Assembly: GCF_006345805.1 (NCBI RefSeq)
Contig: NC_043003.1
Span: 10,478,001-10,542,000, forward strand
Length of the DNA: 64,000 nucleotides
Direction of reading: 5' to 3'
From: Octopus sinensis
Taxonomy: Eukaryota
Shown one piece after another: positions 36,035-51,195 of the stretch. Every line of letters begins with the position of its first letter. Position 1 is the stretch's first letter. A model generated the notes under the pieces. The model did not search any database. It saw only the letters and a list, made by a program, of their open reading frames with translations, and had not been told where the DNA came from. The position numbers and the translations under genes are program-made.

Positions 36035-36635
36035 GGCACAAGGCCAGCAATTTCGGGTGAGGAATAATTCAATTACATCGTCTCCAGTACTTGACGGGCA
36101 CTTATTTCATGGACGACGAGAGGACGAAAGGTAAAGTCAACCCCGGAAGCATTTGAATTCAGGTGATAAAGTCAGAAGAAATGCCGCTAAGAATTTTGTC
36201 CGGCGAGTAACGATTCTGCCAGCTTACCTATTTCTTTACTACCTATAAGGGGGTAAATACAGAAAGGACAAACAAGGACAGACAAACGGATTAAGTCGAT
36301 TACATCGACCCCAGTGCGTAACTGGTACTTATTTAATCGACCCCGAAAGGATGAAAGGCAAAGTCGACCTCGGCGGAATTTGAACTCAGAACGTAGCGGC
36401 AGACGAAATACCTATTTCTTTACTACCTACAAGGGGCTAAATACAGAGGGGACAAACAAGGACAGACAAACGGATTAAATCGATTACATCGACCCCAGTG
36501 CGTAACTGGTACTTAATTTATCGACACCGAAAGGATGAAAGGCAAAGTCGACCTCGGCAGAATTTGAACTCAGAACGTAACGGCAGACGAAATACTCGCC
36601 CGGTGTGCTAACGTTTCTGCCAGCTCGCCGCCTTA
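36035..36635 (-). mobile_element. SINE family B composite: head + two tandem Tx1-tailed bodies + older copy
   Basis: A ~185-bp body is repeated, with junction aaagaaatag|gtatttcgtctgcc. The older copy ends aaattgctggccttgtgccaaaatttga. Confidence 0.85.
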
Positions 36636-37217
36636 AAGGTGTATATATTACATACAGGCCATTGCTAATATTCATAAGCGAAACAATGGGATTATATGGT
36701 ACAATCTTCCCTATTCTTTAAATGTTCATTCAATGATACCTGAAAATTCCTTAACACTACAACAAGTATTCTTAAACACTTTTCTCAAACGCTTTGCTGC
36801 TTTCATAGTCAAAATGAAGAGAAGAAAGGTTTTGAATATAGACACATAAAACTCTTCTGAAACTATTTTCTCACCTTCCAACGGTAAAATAAACATTTTC
36901 CAGCGAAATTTTTCAGTGGCCAATCAAATTTCGGTTTACTATTAACTTTTCATAATTCGATGATAAATCATATTCGATATTTGTCGTATGAACTATCGTA
37001 CTGTTACATGTCATCAATCATCTCAAGAATTGCTACCACGACATTCATAACTATAAGGTGAGACAATTCGGTTTCTAAAAATACATAAAAGCAACAACTT
37101 TCACACCATGCGCATACATACTTATACTTATATATGTATGAGTGTATTTCAACACTCACAAACACACACATGCCAGCATACATACATACATACATACATA
37201 CACATATTCGTACATAA

Positions 37218-37270
<53 letters not shown>

Positions 37271-37658
37271 TATGGGGATAGGGGTAGTGTGTGTAGAGAG
37301 AGAGGTGTGAATTGAGTTAGCAATTTTAGTTCCATTATGATACCACACTTGAAGTATTATTTGTCACTTATCGAATAAAACAAACCTACTGGTTTAGAAC
37401 TAAGTTCACAGCACTTTATTTACATTATTTACATTTTACGGATATTTGTCCTCACCTTGTTTGCTGTCTAAGTGTTCTCGTGAAGCTTGAAGTGTCTTCG
37501 CTCAATAAACACTCACATCACCCGGTCTGGCAATCGAAATCACCGAGTCCGCTGCCCTAACCACTGGGCCATTGCGCCTGCATAAATATATATATTTTTT
37601 TTATTTTTATCTAGTTTCAGCTCACGAGCTGTCGCCATGCTGGATATATATATATACT

Positions 37659-37743
<85 letters not shown>

Positions 37744-38558
37744 TTACATATATACACTACCGTCAGAAATTAATTAGCACCCTTGATTTGCTCTTCACTC
37801 AAGGTATGTGCTGTCACCTAGTGGCCATATCTCGAACTATTGCTTTGTTGCGAGTTCACTGTTGCGCAGAACGATGACGTAACTTTGTTTGCAGAGCAGT
37901 TTGAGAGTCTACAGCCTTATGATGTTGACATAGCAGTGCAACAAATTGGAGTGCGGATGCAGACAAATCTTCCTTTGTTTAATAGATATAGGTAGCGCCT
38001 CGCAAGGACCGAAATCACACCATACTAAGTTTCTCATCGCGTAAGACGTTTTGAACAGCTCATAGGTTAATTGATTTAACCTATTTAATGTAGAAATTTG
38101 AGAAGTGCTAATTAATATATATAGATACATATATATACATACATATATATATACATGCATATATATACATATATATATATATATATACATGCATATATAT
38201 ACATATATATATACATACATATATATATATACATACATATATATATATATATATATACATACACCAGACTGACTCAGAAACATGTCTCTGGATGCACGCC
38301 AGGCTGTTGGGGGTGCTTGTCTTCCCTTTGTAAACATAAGGACACAGGAAATGTGTCAAAGCCGACCAGAAGCGTTGATGCTTCCTAGGGCTAAATAGCA
38401 GTGATGTGATTCCCTTTATGGGACTGTCACGTTAAGTCTCTTCTACTATATATATATATATATGCATATATATATGCATATATACATGTATATATATACA
38501 TATATATATACACACACGCACACACATATATATATATACATATATATATATACACACG

Positions 38559-38606
<48 letters not shown>

Positions 38607-38615
38607 TATATATAT

Positions 38616-39035
38616 GATTGATTCTAGTTTCAGCTCACGAGCTGTGGCCATGCTGGGGCACCGCCATTTGGTGTTGCTACATGGTTTTACTTCACGAATG
38701 CTTTTTAGCAACTGCCATTTGGTGCATGAGAGAGTTCGATGCAGCTGCCCTCATCTGCACCTCCTGCCGTGAAGTTGGTTCATCCGGGACACCTGACAGG
38801 AAGAGATCCAGTCCTACTTTAAAAACATCCGCATCTACACCATGCAGGTCCCTCAGGTTCTTCGGGAGGATATTGAAGAGCTGTGGGCCTCTGAAGCCCA
38901 GGCTATCACAGTATCTTGTCCTACATCTTGATGGCAAATTTGGAGTCCTTGGTACCACACAGTGGCGCCCGGTTCTGGCATTTGTGTGAGTCTCGATGCC
39001 AAAGTTTGGGACAAGTCCTTCCAGGATCTTCCAGA
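38616..39035 (-). mobile_element. CR1-like LINE 3' end (5'-truncated)
   Basis: [10 protein letters not shown]...RGPQLFNILPKNLRDL...FKVGLDLFLSGVPDEP...SNSL. 3'UTR ggcggtgccccagcatggccacagc...gaaactagaatcaatc. Confidence 0.88.
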
Positions 39036-39061
39036 TATATACATATATATATACACACACG

Positions 39062-39129
<68 letters not shown>

Positions 39130-39194
39130 CATATATATATATATGCATATATACATGTATATATATACATATATATATACACACACGCACACAC

Positions 39195-39245
<51 letters not shown>

Positions 39246-39345
39246 NNNNNNNNNNNNNNNNNNNNNNNNNNNNNNNNNNNNNNNNNNNNNNNNNNNNNNN
39301 NNNNNNNNNNNNNNNNNNNNNNNNNNNNNNNNNNNNNNNNNNNNN
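39246..39345. other. Assembly gap (100 N)
   Basis: Run of N. Confidence 0.99.
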
Positions 39346-39780
39346 TATTTAATTTAATCTTAAGGCTAATTAGAAGATAGAGTATCTGAAGAATTATTAA
39401 CAATATTAAAACAATATTAAACGTTATTTAATTTAATCTTAAGGCTAATTAACAATAATTATTAACAATATTAAACAATATTAAACGTTATTTAATTTAA
39501 TCCTAAGGCTAATTAGACGTTTTTAATATTAAACGTTATTTAATTTAATCTTAAGGCTAATTAGAAGATAGAGTATCTGAAAAATTATTAACAATATTAA
39601 GACAATATTAAACGTTATTTAATTTAATCTTAAGGCTAATTAACAATAATTATTAACAATATTAAACAATATTAAACGTTATTTAATTTAATCCTAAGGC
39701 TAATTTGACGGTATCAATATTAAACGTTATTTAATTTAATCTTAAGGCTAATTAGAAGATAGAGTCTGGAAAATTATTAT
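39346..39780. repeat. Very AT-rich minisatellite with alternating subunits
   Basis: Recurring ttatttaatttaatcttaaggctaatt / aacaatattaaacg blocks. Confidence 0.9.
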
Positions 39781-40229
39781 ATCGAGAACAGTTATTGATA
39801 ATGTAAAAAAACAAAATGACGATCGCAACTTTAACTAAGATGTGGGCCTAAGTGAAAGATAAAATAGAATATAAATAAAATATTAAATAAAATATGAAAT
39901 AGATGAATTGATACTTAATCCAACAATGTGGTGGATTTTTTTTTTGGTTTACGGGATTTTTTTCAGGAGAGATGCTTCTTTTTTCTTTCTTGCAGGAGAT
40001 AACTTGATTCAGTTATTTTTGCACCATGTGCGTTTCGGCGAAAATGAAAATTACTGTGTATATGTATATATTTATATATATATTTTAAAAATATTTTTAA
40101 CCAAAGTGTTGTAGTGATCTCTGTGACTTAGAGTTTTACGTTTTGCAACTACAGTGGGTTATTTCGCCGTTCTATGCAAACTTTTTCACAGAGCAAAGGC
40201 AATCACGTCTTTCTCTGCTGACAACGGAA

Positions 40230-40461
40230 CCGGATATGTATATATGTATTATATATATGTATATATATATATATATATGATGTATATATGTATAATATAT
40301 ATGTATTATATGTAATATATATATATGTATATTATATATATATTATGTATATATGTATATATATATATATATGTATGTATATATGTATATATATATATAT
40401 GTATGTATTATGTATTATAATGTATGTATATATGTATATATATATATGTATATGTATAATG

Positions 40462-40492
<31 letters not shown>

Positions 40493-40562
40493 GTATATAT
40501 ATTATGTATATATATATATATATATGGTATATATATATATATGTATATATTATATATATATG

Positions 40563-40609
<47 letters not shown>

Positions 40610-40625
40610 GTATATATATTATATG

Positions 40626-40658
<33 letters not shown>

Positions 40659-41355
40659 GTATATATTATATATGTATATATATATATATATGTATGTATA
40701 TATGATATAATATATATGTATATATATATATATATGTATGTATATATGTATATATATATATGTATGTATATATGTATATATTATATGTATGTATATATGT
40801 ATATATATATATGTATGTATATATGTATATATATATATGTATGTATATATGTATTATATATATGTATGTATATATGTATATATAGATATATGTATAAGTA
40901 TATATATAGATGTATATATATGTATATAATATTATATATATATAGTATGTATATATGTATATATATAATGTATTATATATGTATATAATATATATTATAT
41001 ATGTATATATATGTTATATATATATAATATATAATAGTATATATATGTATATATATATATATGTATAATATATATATATGTATATATATTTATATATATA
41101 TGTATATATATATATTATATGTATATATATATTATATATATATGTATATATATATATATGTATATATGATATATATGTATGTATATATGTATATATGTAT
41201 ATATGTATATATATGTATGTATATATGTATATATATGTATATATGTATATATATGTATGTATATATGTATATATATATAATATATATATAATGTATATAT
41301 GTATAATATATGTATGTATATATATATATATATTATATATGAATATATATATATG

Positions 41356-41402
<47 letters not shown>

Positions 41403-41560
41403 GTATGTATATATATATATGTATGTATATGTATATATATATATGTATAATATATATATGTTATATATTATAAGTATATATATATATGTATATATATATA
41501 TGTATATATATATATATGTATATATATATATGTATATATATATATGTATATATATGTATG

Positions 41561-41607
<47 letters not shown>

Positions 41608-41722
41608 GTATGTATATATATGTATATATATATAGTATGTATATATGTATATATATATATGTTATATTATATATATATATATGTATATTATATGTATATA
41701 TATGTATATGTATGTATATATG

Positions 41723-41753
<31 letters not shown>

Positions 41754-44700
41754 GTATATATATATGTATATATATATGTATGTATGTATATATATATATG
41801 TATGTATGTATATATATATATGTATATATATGTATGTATGTATGTATATATAATATATATATATGTATATATATGTATGTATGTATATATATATTATATA
41901 GTATGTATATATATATATGTATGTATATATATATATGTATGTATATATATATATGTATGTATATATATATATGTATTGTTATATATATATGTATGTATAA
42001 TATATATGTATGTATATATATATATGTATGTATATATATATATAGTATATAATATATATGTATATATAATATATGTATGTATATATATATATGTATGTAT
42101 AATATATATATTTATATATGTATGGTATATATGTATATATGTATATATATGTATATATATGTATATATATGTATATATGTATATATGTATGTATATACAT
42201 ATATATGTATGTATATACATATAATGTATGTATATACATATATATGTATATATGTATGTATATACAATATATGTATATATGTATGTATATACATATATAT
42301 GTATGTATGTATGTATATACATATATATGTATGTATGTATGTATATACATATATATGTATATATGTATGTATATACATATATATGTATATATGTATGTAT
42401 ATACATATATATGTATATATGTATGTATATACATATATATGTATGTATATACATATATATGTATGTATATACATATATATGTATGTATATACATATATAT
42501 GTATACATGTATGTATGTATATATATATGTATATATGTATGTATATACATATATATGTATATATGTATGTATATACATATATATGTATACATGTATGTAT
42601 ATACATATATATGTATATATGTATGTATATACATATATATGTATATATGTATGTATATACATATATATGTATATATGTATGTATATACATATATATGTAT
42701 ATATGTATGTATATACAATATATGTATATATGTATGTATATACATTATATGTATATATGTATGTATATACATATATATGTATATATGTATGTATATACAT
42801 ATATGTATATATGTATGTATATACATATATGTATATATGTATGTATATACATATATGTATATATGTATGTATATACATATATGTATATATGTATGTATAT
42901 ACATATATGTGTATATATGTATGTATATACATATATATGTATATATGTATGTATAACATATATATGTATATATGTAGTATATACATATATATGTATATAT
43001 GTATGTTATACATATATATGTATATATGTATGTATATACATATATGTATATATGTATGTATAACATATATATGTATATATGTATGTATATACATATATAT
43101 GTATATATGTATGTATATACGTATATATGTATATATGTATGTATATACGTATATATGTATATATGTAGTATATACGTATGTATGTATATATGTATGTATA
43201 TACGTATGTATGTATATATATGTATGTATATACGTATGTATGTTATATATGTATATATGTATGTATGTATATATATATGTATATATGTATGTATGTATAT
43301 ATATATGTATATATGTATGTATGTATGTATATATATATGTATATATGTATGTATATACATATGTATGTATGTATATATATATGTATATATGTATGTATAT
43401 ACATATGTATGTATGTATATATATATGTATATATGTATGTATATACATATGTATGTATGTATATATATATGTATGTATGTATATATATATGTATGTATGT
43501 ATATATATATGTATGTATGTATGTATGTATATATGTATATATGTATGTATATATGTATATATGTATGTATGTATATATATATGTATGCTATATGTATATA
43601 TGTATGTATGTATATATATATGTATATATGTATGTATGTATATATGTATATATGTATGTATATATGTATATATGTATGTATGTATATATATATGTATGCA
43701 TATATATATATATGTATGTATGTATATATATATGTATGTATGTATATATATATGTATGCATATATATATATATGTATGTATGTATATATATATGTATGCA
43801 TATATCTCTCTATATATAAACGGCAGTTTGTCTGTCTGCGTGTCTTTGTGTCTGTTAGGTTGTACCCTCACCCTGACCACGGCTTTCAACCGATTCTGAT
43901 GAAACTTGACACACATATAGCCCAATGTCATAATTCAAAACTAACGCAGCGAAAATTTTGAAAAGTTCCCCCAGTTCTGAAAAAAAATTGATAAATTCGA
44001 CATGGGGTCGAGAATCAGAAACACAATCCACAGACTGTCTAGGGGACGCAACTCGACCTTTTTAACTCTCAAAAAAATTTACCATCATTTTTTTCCCATT
44101 TTTTTGCTATTTTTTGGCTATAACTCTCTAAAAATGCTTTATAGTTATTTCCCTTACAAACCCGAGCAACGCCGGGCGATACTGCTAGTATATATATATG
44201 TATGCATATATATATTATATATGTATGTATGTATATATGTATGTATATAGGTATGTATGTATATATATATGTATGTATGTATATATATATGTATGTATGT
44301 ATATATATATGTATGCATATATATATATATATGTATGTATGTATATATGTATGCGTATATATGTATGCATATATATATATATGTATATATATATATATGT
44401 ATATATATATATGTGTATGTATATATATGTGTATGTATATATATATGTGTATGTATATATATATATGTGTATGTATATATATATGTGTATGTATATATAT
44501 ATATATATGTATATATATATGTGTATATATATATGTATATATACATGTGTATGTATATATATATGTATATATATATGTGTATGTATATATATATGTATAT
44601 ATATATGTGTATGTATATATATATATATATGTATGTATATATATGTGTATGTATATATATGTGTATGTATATGTATATATATGTATATATGTGTATGTAT

Positions 44701-44897
44701 ATATATATGTGTATGTATATATATGTGTATGTATATATATATATATGTGTATGTATATATATATATGTGTATGTATATATATATATGTGTATGTATATAT
44801 ATATATATGTATGTATATATGTATATATATGTGTATGTATATGTATATGTATATATATATGTGTATGTATATATATATGTATATATATATGTGTATG

Positions 44898-44929
<32 letters not shown>

Positions 44930-45104
44930 GTGTATGTATATATATGTGTATGTATATGTATATATATATGTATGTATATATATATATATATGTATGTATA
45001 TATATATATATGTATGTATATATATATATATGTATGTATATATATGTGTATGTATGTATATATAGTGTTATGTATATATATGTGTGTGTATATATATGTG
45101 TATG

Positions 45105-45155
<51 letters not shown>
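40230..45155. repeat. ~4.9-kb degenerate (TA)n/(TATG)n satellite
   Basis: Direct inspection; interrupted by a Helitron. Confidence 0.97.
43805..44188 (+). mobile_element. Non-autonomous Helitron (same 3' end as 31715-32215)
   Basis: A|TCtctctatatataaa...cccgagcaacgccgggcgatactgCTAG|T. Confidence 0.85.
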
Positions 45156-45157
<2 letters not shown>

Positions 45158-47344
45158 AGCTAAGCTACATTTCTATGGGTTTGATGCAAAAATAAAAAAG
45201 AACACCTGATAACAACCGGAAATCAAATTGATCGAAACCAACTTAGATGGAAATATTGGTCCGTGTGTCACCTCAAAGGATGAGGCTAATATCAAGTGTC
45301 CCAGATTTTTATAGTTTCTTCACGGAGACTTGGATTGTCTCAAAATGATGAGTTGTCAAGTTAGAAATTAGCGTTATTGTGCGAATTAGAAAATGTGTTG
45401 TTGTTGTTGTTGTTGCAGTTTTTGTTCTTGTTAATTGGATTTCTTTTTATGTTCTCTGATAAAACTATTCCTGACGATGAAAATGATGGTGGTGATGATG
45501 AGGAGGAGGAGGAGGATGGGGCAATGACTACGAAGAAGAGGAGAGGAGTAGGTGAAGAAGGAAGGGAGGATGGAGAGAAAGAGAATGAGGGGAGGGAGGG
45601 GAGGGGAGAAGAAGAGGAGGGAGGAGGAAGAGGAGGCGGAGGGAAGGAGAGGGGGAGAGGACAGGAGAAGGAGGAGGAGGAAAGGAGAAGCCGGAGAGAG
45701 GCCCTGGAGGAAGAAGAGGAAGAGAAAGAGGAGGGGGACGAAGAGGGAGGACGAAGAGGAGGGGACGAAGCGGAGGAAGTGGAAGTGGAGGAAGAGAAAG
45801 CAGATGAGGATGAGGAGATTATTGGCAGTGATAGTAGTGGTGATGTTGGTGATGATGATACTCGAAATGATGACTACGACGATAATGATGATGACGAGGA
45901 GGAGGAGGAGATTGAGGAAGATGATGCTGAGATAGTTGTTGACATTGTTGATGTGGTAGTGGTGGTGGTTGTGGTGGTATGCTTACAAATAATGATGGTA
46001 ATTTTAATGATTATTTATTGGCTGTGTGTTGTTGTTGTTGTAGTTGGAACCCTCGGCGTCGTAATCGACAGAGTACCACTTACAATTACCTTAATTACAA
46101 ATGATTGTGATCTGGCAGAATGGTTAACATACCGGACAAAATGCTTAACGGCTCTTACGTTCTGAGTTCAAATTCCTCCAATGCCAACTTCGCTTTTCAT
46201 TTATTTGTAATTCATCAAATAATTACCAGTCGAGCAATGAGGGCGATATAATTGACCAATTCCTTCCCCTAAAATCTTTCGCTTTGTCCCTAAAATAGAA
46301 AGAATTACATTCATACATATATAACATACGAAATATCTGCAGGCACACATATATACACACATATATATCTGTTAAAATGCATGTGTATGAATGTGTGTGT
46401 TTGTGTGTGTGTGAAAATAGTTGCTGTGTTGAATATCGTGTGCCTGTCACTATTTCCCTTGCAGCTTTTCAACCGTTGGTTAGCAGCAATACAAAAGGGA
46501 CAGCCGAATGTGTAGAACTTGTCACTGCGAGGACATCTCTTCCATAGTAACATTCCGTGAATGGGCATCTTGCGTTCCAAGCAGTTTTGCCTCATTTTAT
46601 GAGGAAATAATTATATTCCTTGTAATACCTACCATCAATTCCAACGATTACAAATTGTAAGATCTTTGCAATAAATAAAGAAAAATTAAATACGACTTTT
46701 TTTCTATTAATCTTCTCTCTTCGCTCTTTTACGCCATTTGGTCTCAACTCTCCCCCCATTTTCATCTAACCTCCCCCCCCCGACTCCTACTTCTCTTCAG
46801 TCCTTCATCTTTTCACCCTACTCTCTTTCCTCCTCTTCCCTTCTTTCCCTTCTTCCCTCTTCTTTCTTCTTCCCTCTTCCCCTTCTCTCTTTCTCTCTGC
46901 TCCGTCACTCCTCTTCTCTCCCCCTCCCCCACCTTCTCCTCTCCCTCTCATCTCCTCTCTCCCCCCTCCTCCCCTCCTCTCTCTTCTCTCCTCCTCTCAC
47001 TCTCCCCACAACCCCCACTCTACCCCAACCCCCAGCTGAACCCACACCCCTCATGGGCTTTCCCCAGTCTCGCCCCACACCTCCCCACAACATCACACCA
47101 CACTACACTACACCATACGACATTACAATCACATCATACATACATACACACGTCCAGACCACCAGCCCTCTTCACACGCACATACATACCTCTTATACAC
47201 AACACGCAACCTTCATGTTGGGGCGAGGTCACTTGACCTGTATCTCCCCCTACTATCCCTCTAGCGTCTAACGTCTGACGTCTGATCTCTGACTTCTGCC
47301 TGAAATCAGAACGCCATGTTGGACCGTTAGCTCCTACACGCATT

Positions 47345-47510
47345 TTTTTCTCTCCTTGTTTTATTTTCTGTGTATCTTTCTGTCGAAGAGCGTAGGCTCG
47401 AAACGTAAAAGACTTGTTTTATTTCTATTCCTGAGCGCCATACTAATACAATTGTTTGTTTGTACTCCACCTGCCTTCGTCTTTTGTTTATTTTCGTATA
47501 CCTTCCCGTT
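47345..47510 (+). repeat. ~170-bp dispersed repeat with a hammerhead-like motif (copy 1; motif at 47375-47412)
   Basis: tcttt-CTGTCGA-a-gagc-gtag-gctc-GAAA-cg-TA|aaaga. Homologues at 53035 and 62135. Confidence 0.7.
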
Positions 47511-48861
47511 TTTTTTCTATTAACCTTTTTCCTCGTAATTCCTTAATTTTGAATTCAAATTTGAAATCTCACTCCATATTGAAAAAAATGATTATCTCCC
47601 TTTGATGGCTGCAATCACTCCGGTACTCATGTGTATTTAGAAAATGTATATTTGAGAAACATATATTTACTTTTTGCTCTGATACCGTTTCAGTATAACT
47701 CTATCGCTGCTATTTGTGTAACATATAAAATTTTGTTATTCATTTTGTTACAAATTAATAAAAATATACTGCAAGGAAATGATATTGGAAACATAAAGGA
47801 AAACTTAAACAGCTTATATATTGAACCTTCCCGTTATTTATATTCTTTCATAATTGAATAATTTTTTTTTTCCTTTTATTACAAACGTCAACATATCAAA
47901 CGATTAAGAGTGAGAAATCTCAGAGATATAACGTAGGCTCTTGGTTTTGCTTATCTTTCAATGACTTCACTCTTTCGCAACGTAACACCAATATTCAAAA
48001 TTCGCCCATTCAATCACTGGAAATGTTTACGTTTGTATCAAACAAAACAAAAAAAAGAACAAACGAAAGAAAATAATCAATAAGGATATAATTTAAAGAA
48101 CGGAAGTATTCGATGAATGAACTATTTCAATTTTTGCTTATGCCTTTGATATCGAATTCCTACAATACACTTTTATCATTTTTTTATAAGTAAATATGCT
48201 CACCATATCTTGCTCATCTTTGTTATTGACTTAAAGGGTAAATATTTTGTTTGTTAAATAAACTTGCTTTTAAACTTGTAAATAAATGACTTTTAAAACC
48301 GTTTTTTCTTATCTTTTTTCTCTTTCTCTCAAATAATTCAAACTTCGACGTTCGGAGAATTTTGTCTTTTAAACGTTCGATAATCTGATATTTAAATCAT
48401 TTGAAATTTGACCTCTTTGCGTTCAGTGTTATGATCAACACCATCCTCGGAACACACACCTACATGATGCACAAACATTCACACACACACAACACACACA
48501 TACACACACACATACTCATATGTACACCTATACACACTCGTCCTCAACCAGTATACACATTCATACACGTTTTCATAAGCACATTCAGTCTAGCAAAGAT
48601 TCACACACATTCTCAAACATACATACCTATACTCAAGCACAAGTATTATACACACACTCATGTGTATACACTCCCAGACAACCACACCCATACATACGCA
48701 TACACACTTTTCATACATCCATGCACAAGTATCCATATTTAAACAGAAGCACGCGCATACAATATCTTTCAAAATACACACACATACACAAGATATCCGC
48801 ATACACTTTCAACATACACACACATGTATATACACTCACACACACAGTTTCAACAAACGCA

Positions 48862-48986
<125 letters not shown>

Positions 48987-49544
48987 CACACACACACACA
49001 CACACACATGGCATATACACACACTGACATATACACATACTACATTATTATGCATTGTTCAAACATTTTTCTTTGTTTTTGTTTTTTTCATCTTTTGAAA
49101 GTTCTGAAAATAATTATTGTTTCGCTTCATTCTAATTATGTTTTGTTTATTGGAAGTTTTATCAAAGACTAATACTGATGTGATGATGACTGTTTGTAGT
49201 TGTTGTGGTTGCTGTTGTAGTTGTAATTGATACTGCTGTTGTCTTCTTGTTGTTCTTCTTCCAATCAGGACTCACGCCATTAGCCACAAATAATAATCTC
49301 TAATTCGAGCCTACTCTAAGCTACTAAGAATGCGCGTGGCAACTTGAAGATCCACCCCACCACACCCGATAGACTGGCGGTTGCACGGGCGCGAAAGCTA
49401 CATTGTTATCCTCATTCGGTAAACGGTGGCTTTTAACGGGTGGAGAGCTGAACCATCCTGGGGTACAGAGGATTCGCAATCTAGACTAGGGTCTGAAAGT
49501 TTACCACACCATAGTGGGTTACACCAGGGTTCCTCTGCTTTGTG

Positions 49545-49742
49545 GCAGAAGTAGGAAGAAAGAGTGAGAGAAAGTTGTGGTGAAAGAGTACAACGGGGTT
49601 GACCACCCCCACCCCCGCCGGAGCCTCATGAACTTAGGGTTTTTTTGCTGAATAAACACTCACAATGCCTGATCTGGAAATCAAAACCGCGTTCTTACGA
49701 CCGCGAGTCCGCTGTCCTAACCACTCGGCCATTGCACCTCCA
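49545..49742 (-). mobile_element. SINE family C 5' half
   Basis: gagtccgctgtcctaaccactcggccattgcacctcca. Confidence 0.8.
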
Positions 49743-49939
49743 TTGCTGCTGTGGTTGTTGAAAACATTGTGAGAGAGTTGAGAAAAACGCTTTACGGTTT
49801 TTATTCTGTGTTCAAATCCCATAGAAGTCGACTCTACTATTCATACCTTCGGGGTCAATAAAATGAAATACTAATCAAGGGATCGATGTAACGACTAATA
49901 ACCTCCCTTCAAAATTATGGCCCTTACACCTAAACTGAA

Positions 49940-50150
49940 TTCAAATTTTGGTACAAGGCCAGCAATTTGAGGGAAGCGGTAAGTCGATTACATCGATCCC
50001 AGAGTTCGACTGGGACTTATTTTATCGACCCCGAAAGGTTGAAAAGCAAAGTCGACCTGAGTGGAATTTGAACTCAGAACGAAAAGTGGGACGAAATGCA
50101 ACTAATTATTTCGTCCGGCGTGCTAACGATGTTGCCACTTTGCTGCTTTA
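49940..50150 (-). mobile_element. SINE family B with the older tail
   Basis: Same head and core as family B; tail ccctcaaattgctggccttgtaccaaaatttga. Confidence 0.78.
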
Positions 50151-50399
50151 GTCTTACACCTAAATTGAGACAATTATCATAATTAATTAATTTATTATGT
50201 TGTTTCCTTAATATTTGTTTTATATGTTCTGTATGATTTTTATCGTATAGTTTTAATTGATTTATTTGTTTTTATTTGTCTTATCTGTTTTATTTTGTTC
50301 GTTTACTTGTTTTGCTGGCCGTTGATTTAATTGATAGCCATCAACGAATTTCGCTACCAAGGTGCTATGCGGTGGGCTGAGCCTGGAAACCATGGAACT

Positions 50400-50406
50400 T
50401 TCCATG

Positions 50407-50439
<33 letters not shown>

Positions 50440-50778
50440 GGTTTCGGGTTCAATCCACTGCATGGAACCTTGGGCGAGTGCCTTGAGCTGAATGGATTTG
50501 GTAGACAGAAATGGAAAGAAAACCGAGGTATATATATAGATAGATAGATGTGTGTGTGTGTGTCTTTGTGTCTGTGTTTCTTCCCCACCACCGTTTGACA
50601 ACAGGCTTGGCGTGTTTACGTCCCCTGTAACTTAACGGTTCGGCAAAAGTGAACCGATAGAATAACTACCACGTTTTAAATAAATAAGTCCCCGGATCGA
50701 TTCAGACTAAAAATTCTTCAAGGTGTTGCTCCAGCATAGCCGATGTTTAATGGCTGAAACAAGTGAAAAATGAAAGAT
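50400..50778 (+). mobile_element. SINE family A (degenerate)
   Basis: gggttcaatccactgcatggaaccttgggcgagtg...ccagcatagccg. Confidence 0.75.
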
Positions 50779-51039
50779 AATATTTACATATATACATAAA
50801 ATATTCGGAATAGTATATTAGGACCCAGGAACTATGTCTACCAAAAGTGAACAAAAGTTCTTAGGGGAACAGCGTCTTCCTGAACCTGACCTGTGACACT
50901 GGTACCATAATTTGGATCAATCAAAATCTTTGGTGACAGTCTTGGCATTCAAAACTTCTGAAGTAATAAATATATATATACATATCTATATGCGTGGGTG
51001 TATGCGTGTACGAGTGTATACGAGTGGGTACAAACATAC

Positions 51040-51082
<43 letters not shown>

Positions 51083-51121
51083 TATAAATGTATATGGGCA
51101 TATATGTGTATCTACTTACGC

Positions 51122-51158
<37 letters not shown>

Positions 51159-51163
51159 CTTAC

Positions 51164-51195
<32 letters not shown>

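Noticed and set aside
37865-38000. NDDVTLFAEQF... as an RT (YADD-like) fragment or host exon
   Set aside because: Too short, with weak splice sites and no flanking motifs to decide.
40288-45195. Very long ORFs (up to 650 aa) of Y/I/H/T/M/C/V
   Set aside because: Translations of (TA)n/(TATG)n satellite, which lacks stop codons in several frames. The same applies to the ORFs at 13.1-13.5, 21.3-21.8, 32.2-33.8, 37-39.4, 48.4-49.1, 50.9-51.8, 53.9-55.3, 57.6-61.7 and 63.2-63.7 kb.
45377-46165. 262-aa acidic E/D/G-rich ORF
   Set aside because: Built from GGA/GAT/GTT triplet runs, with no splice or domain evidence.
49250-49540. GC-richer island possibly from a LINE 5' region
   Set aside because: No diagnostic motif or second copy in the window.
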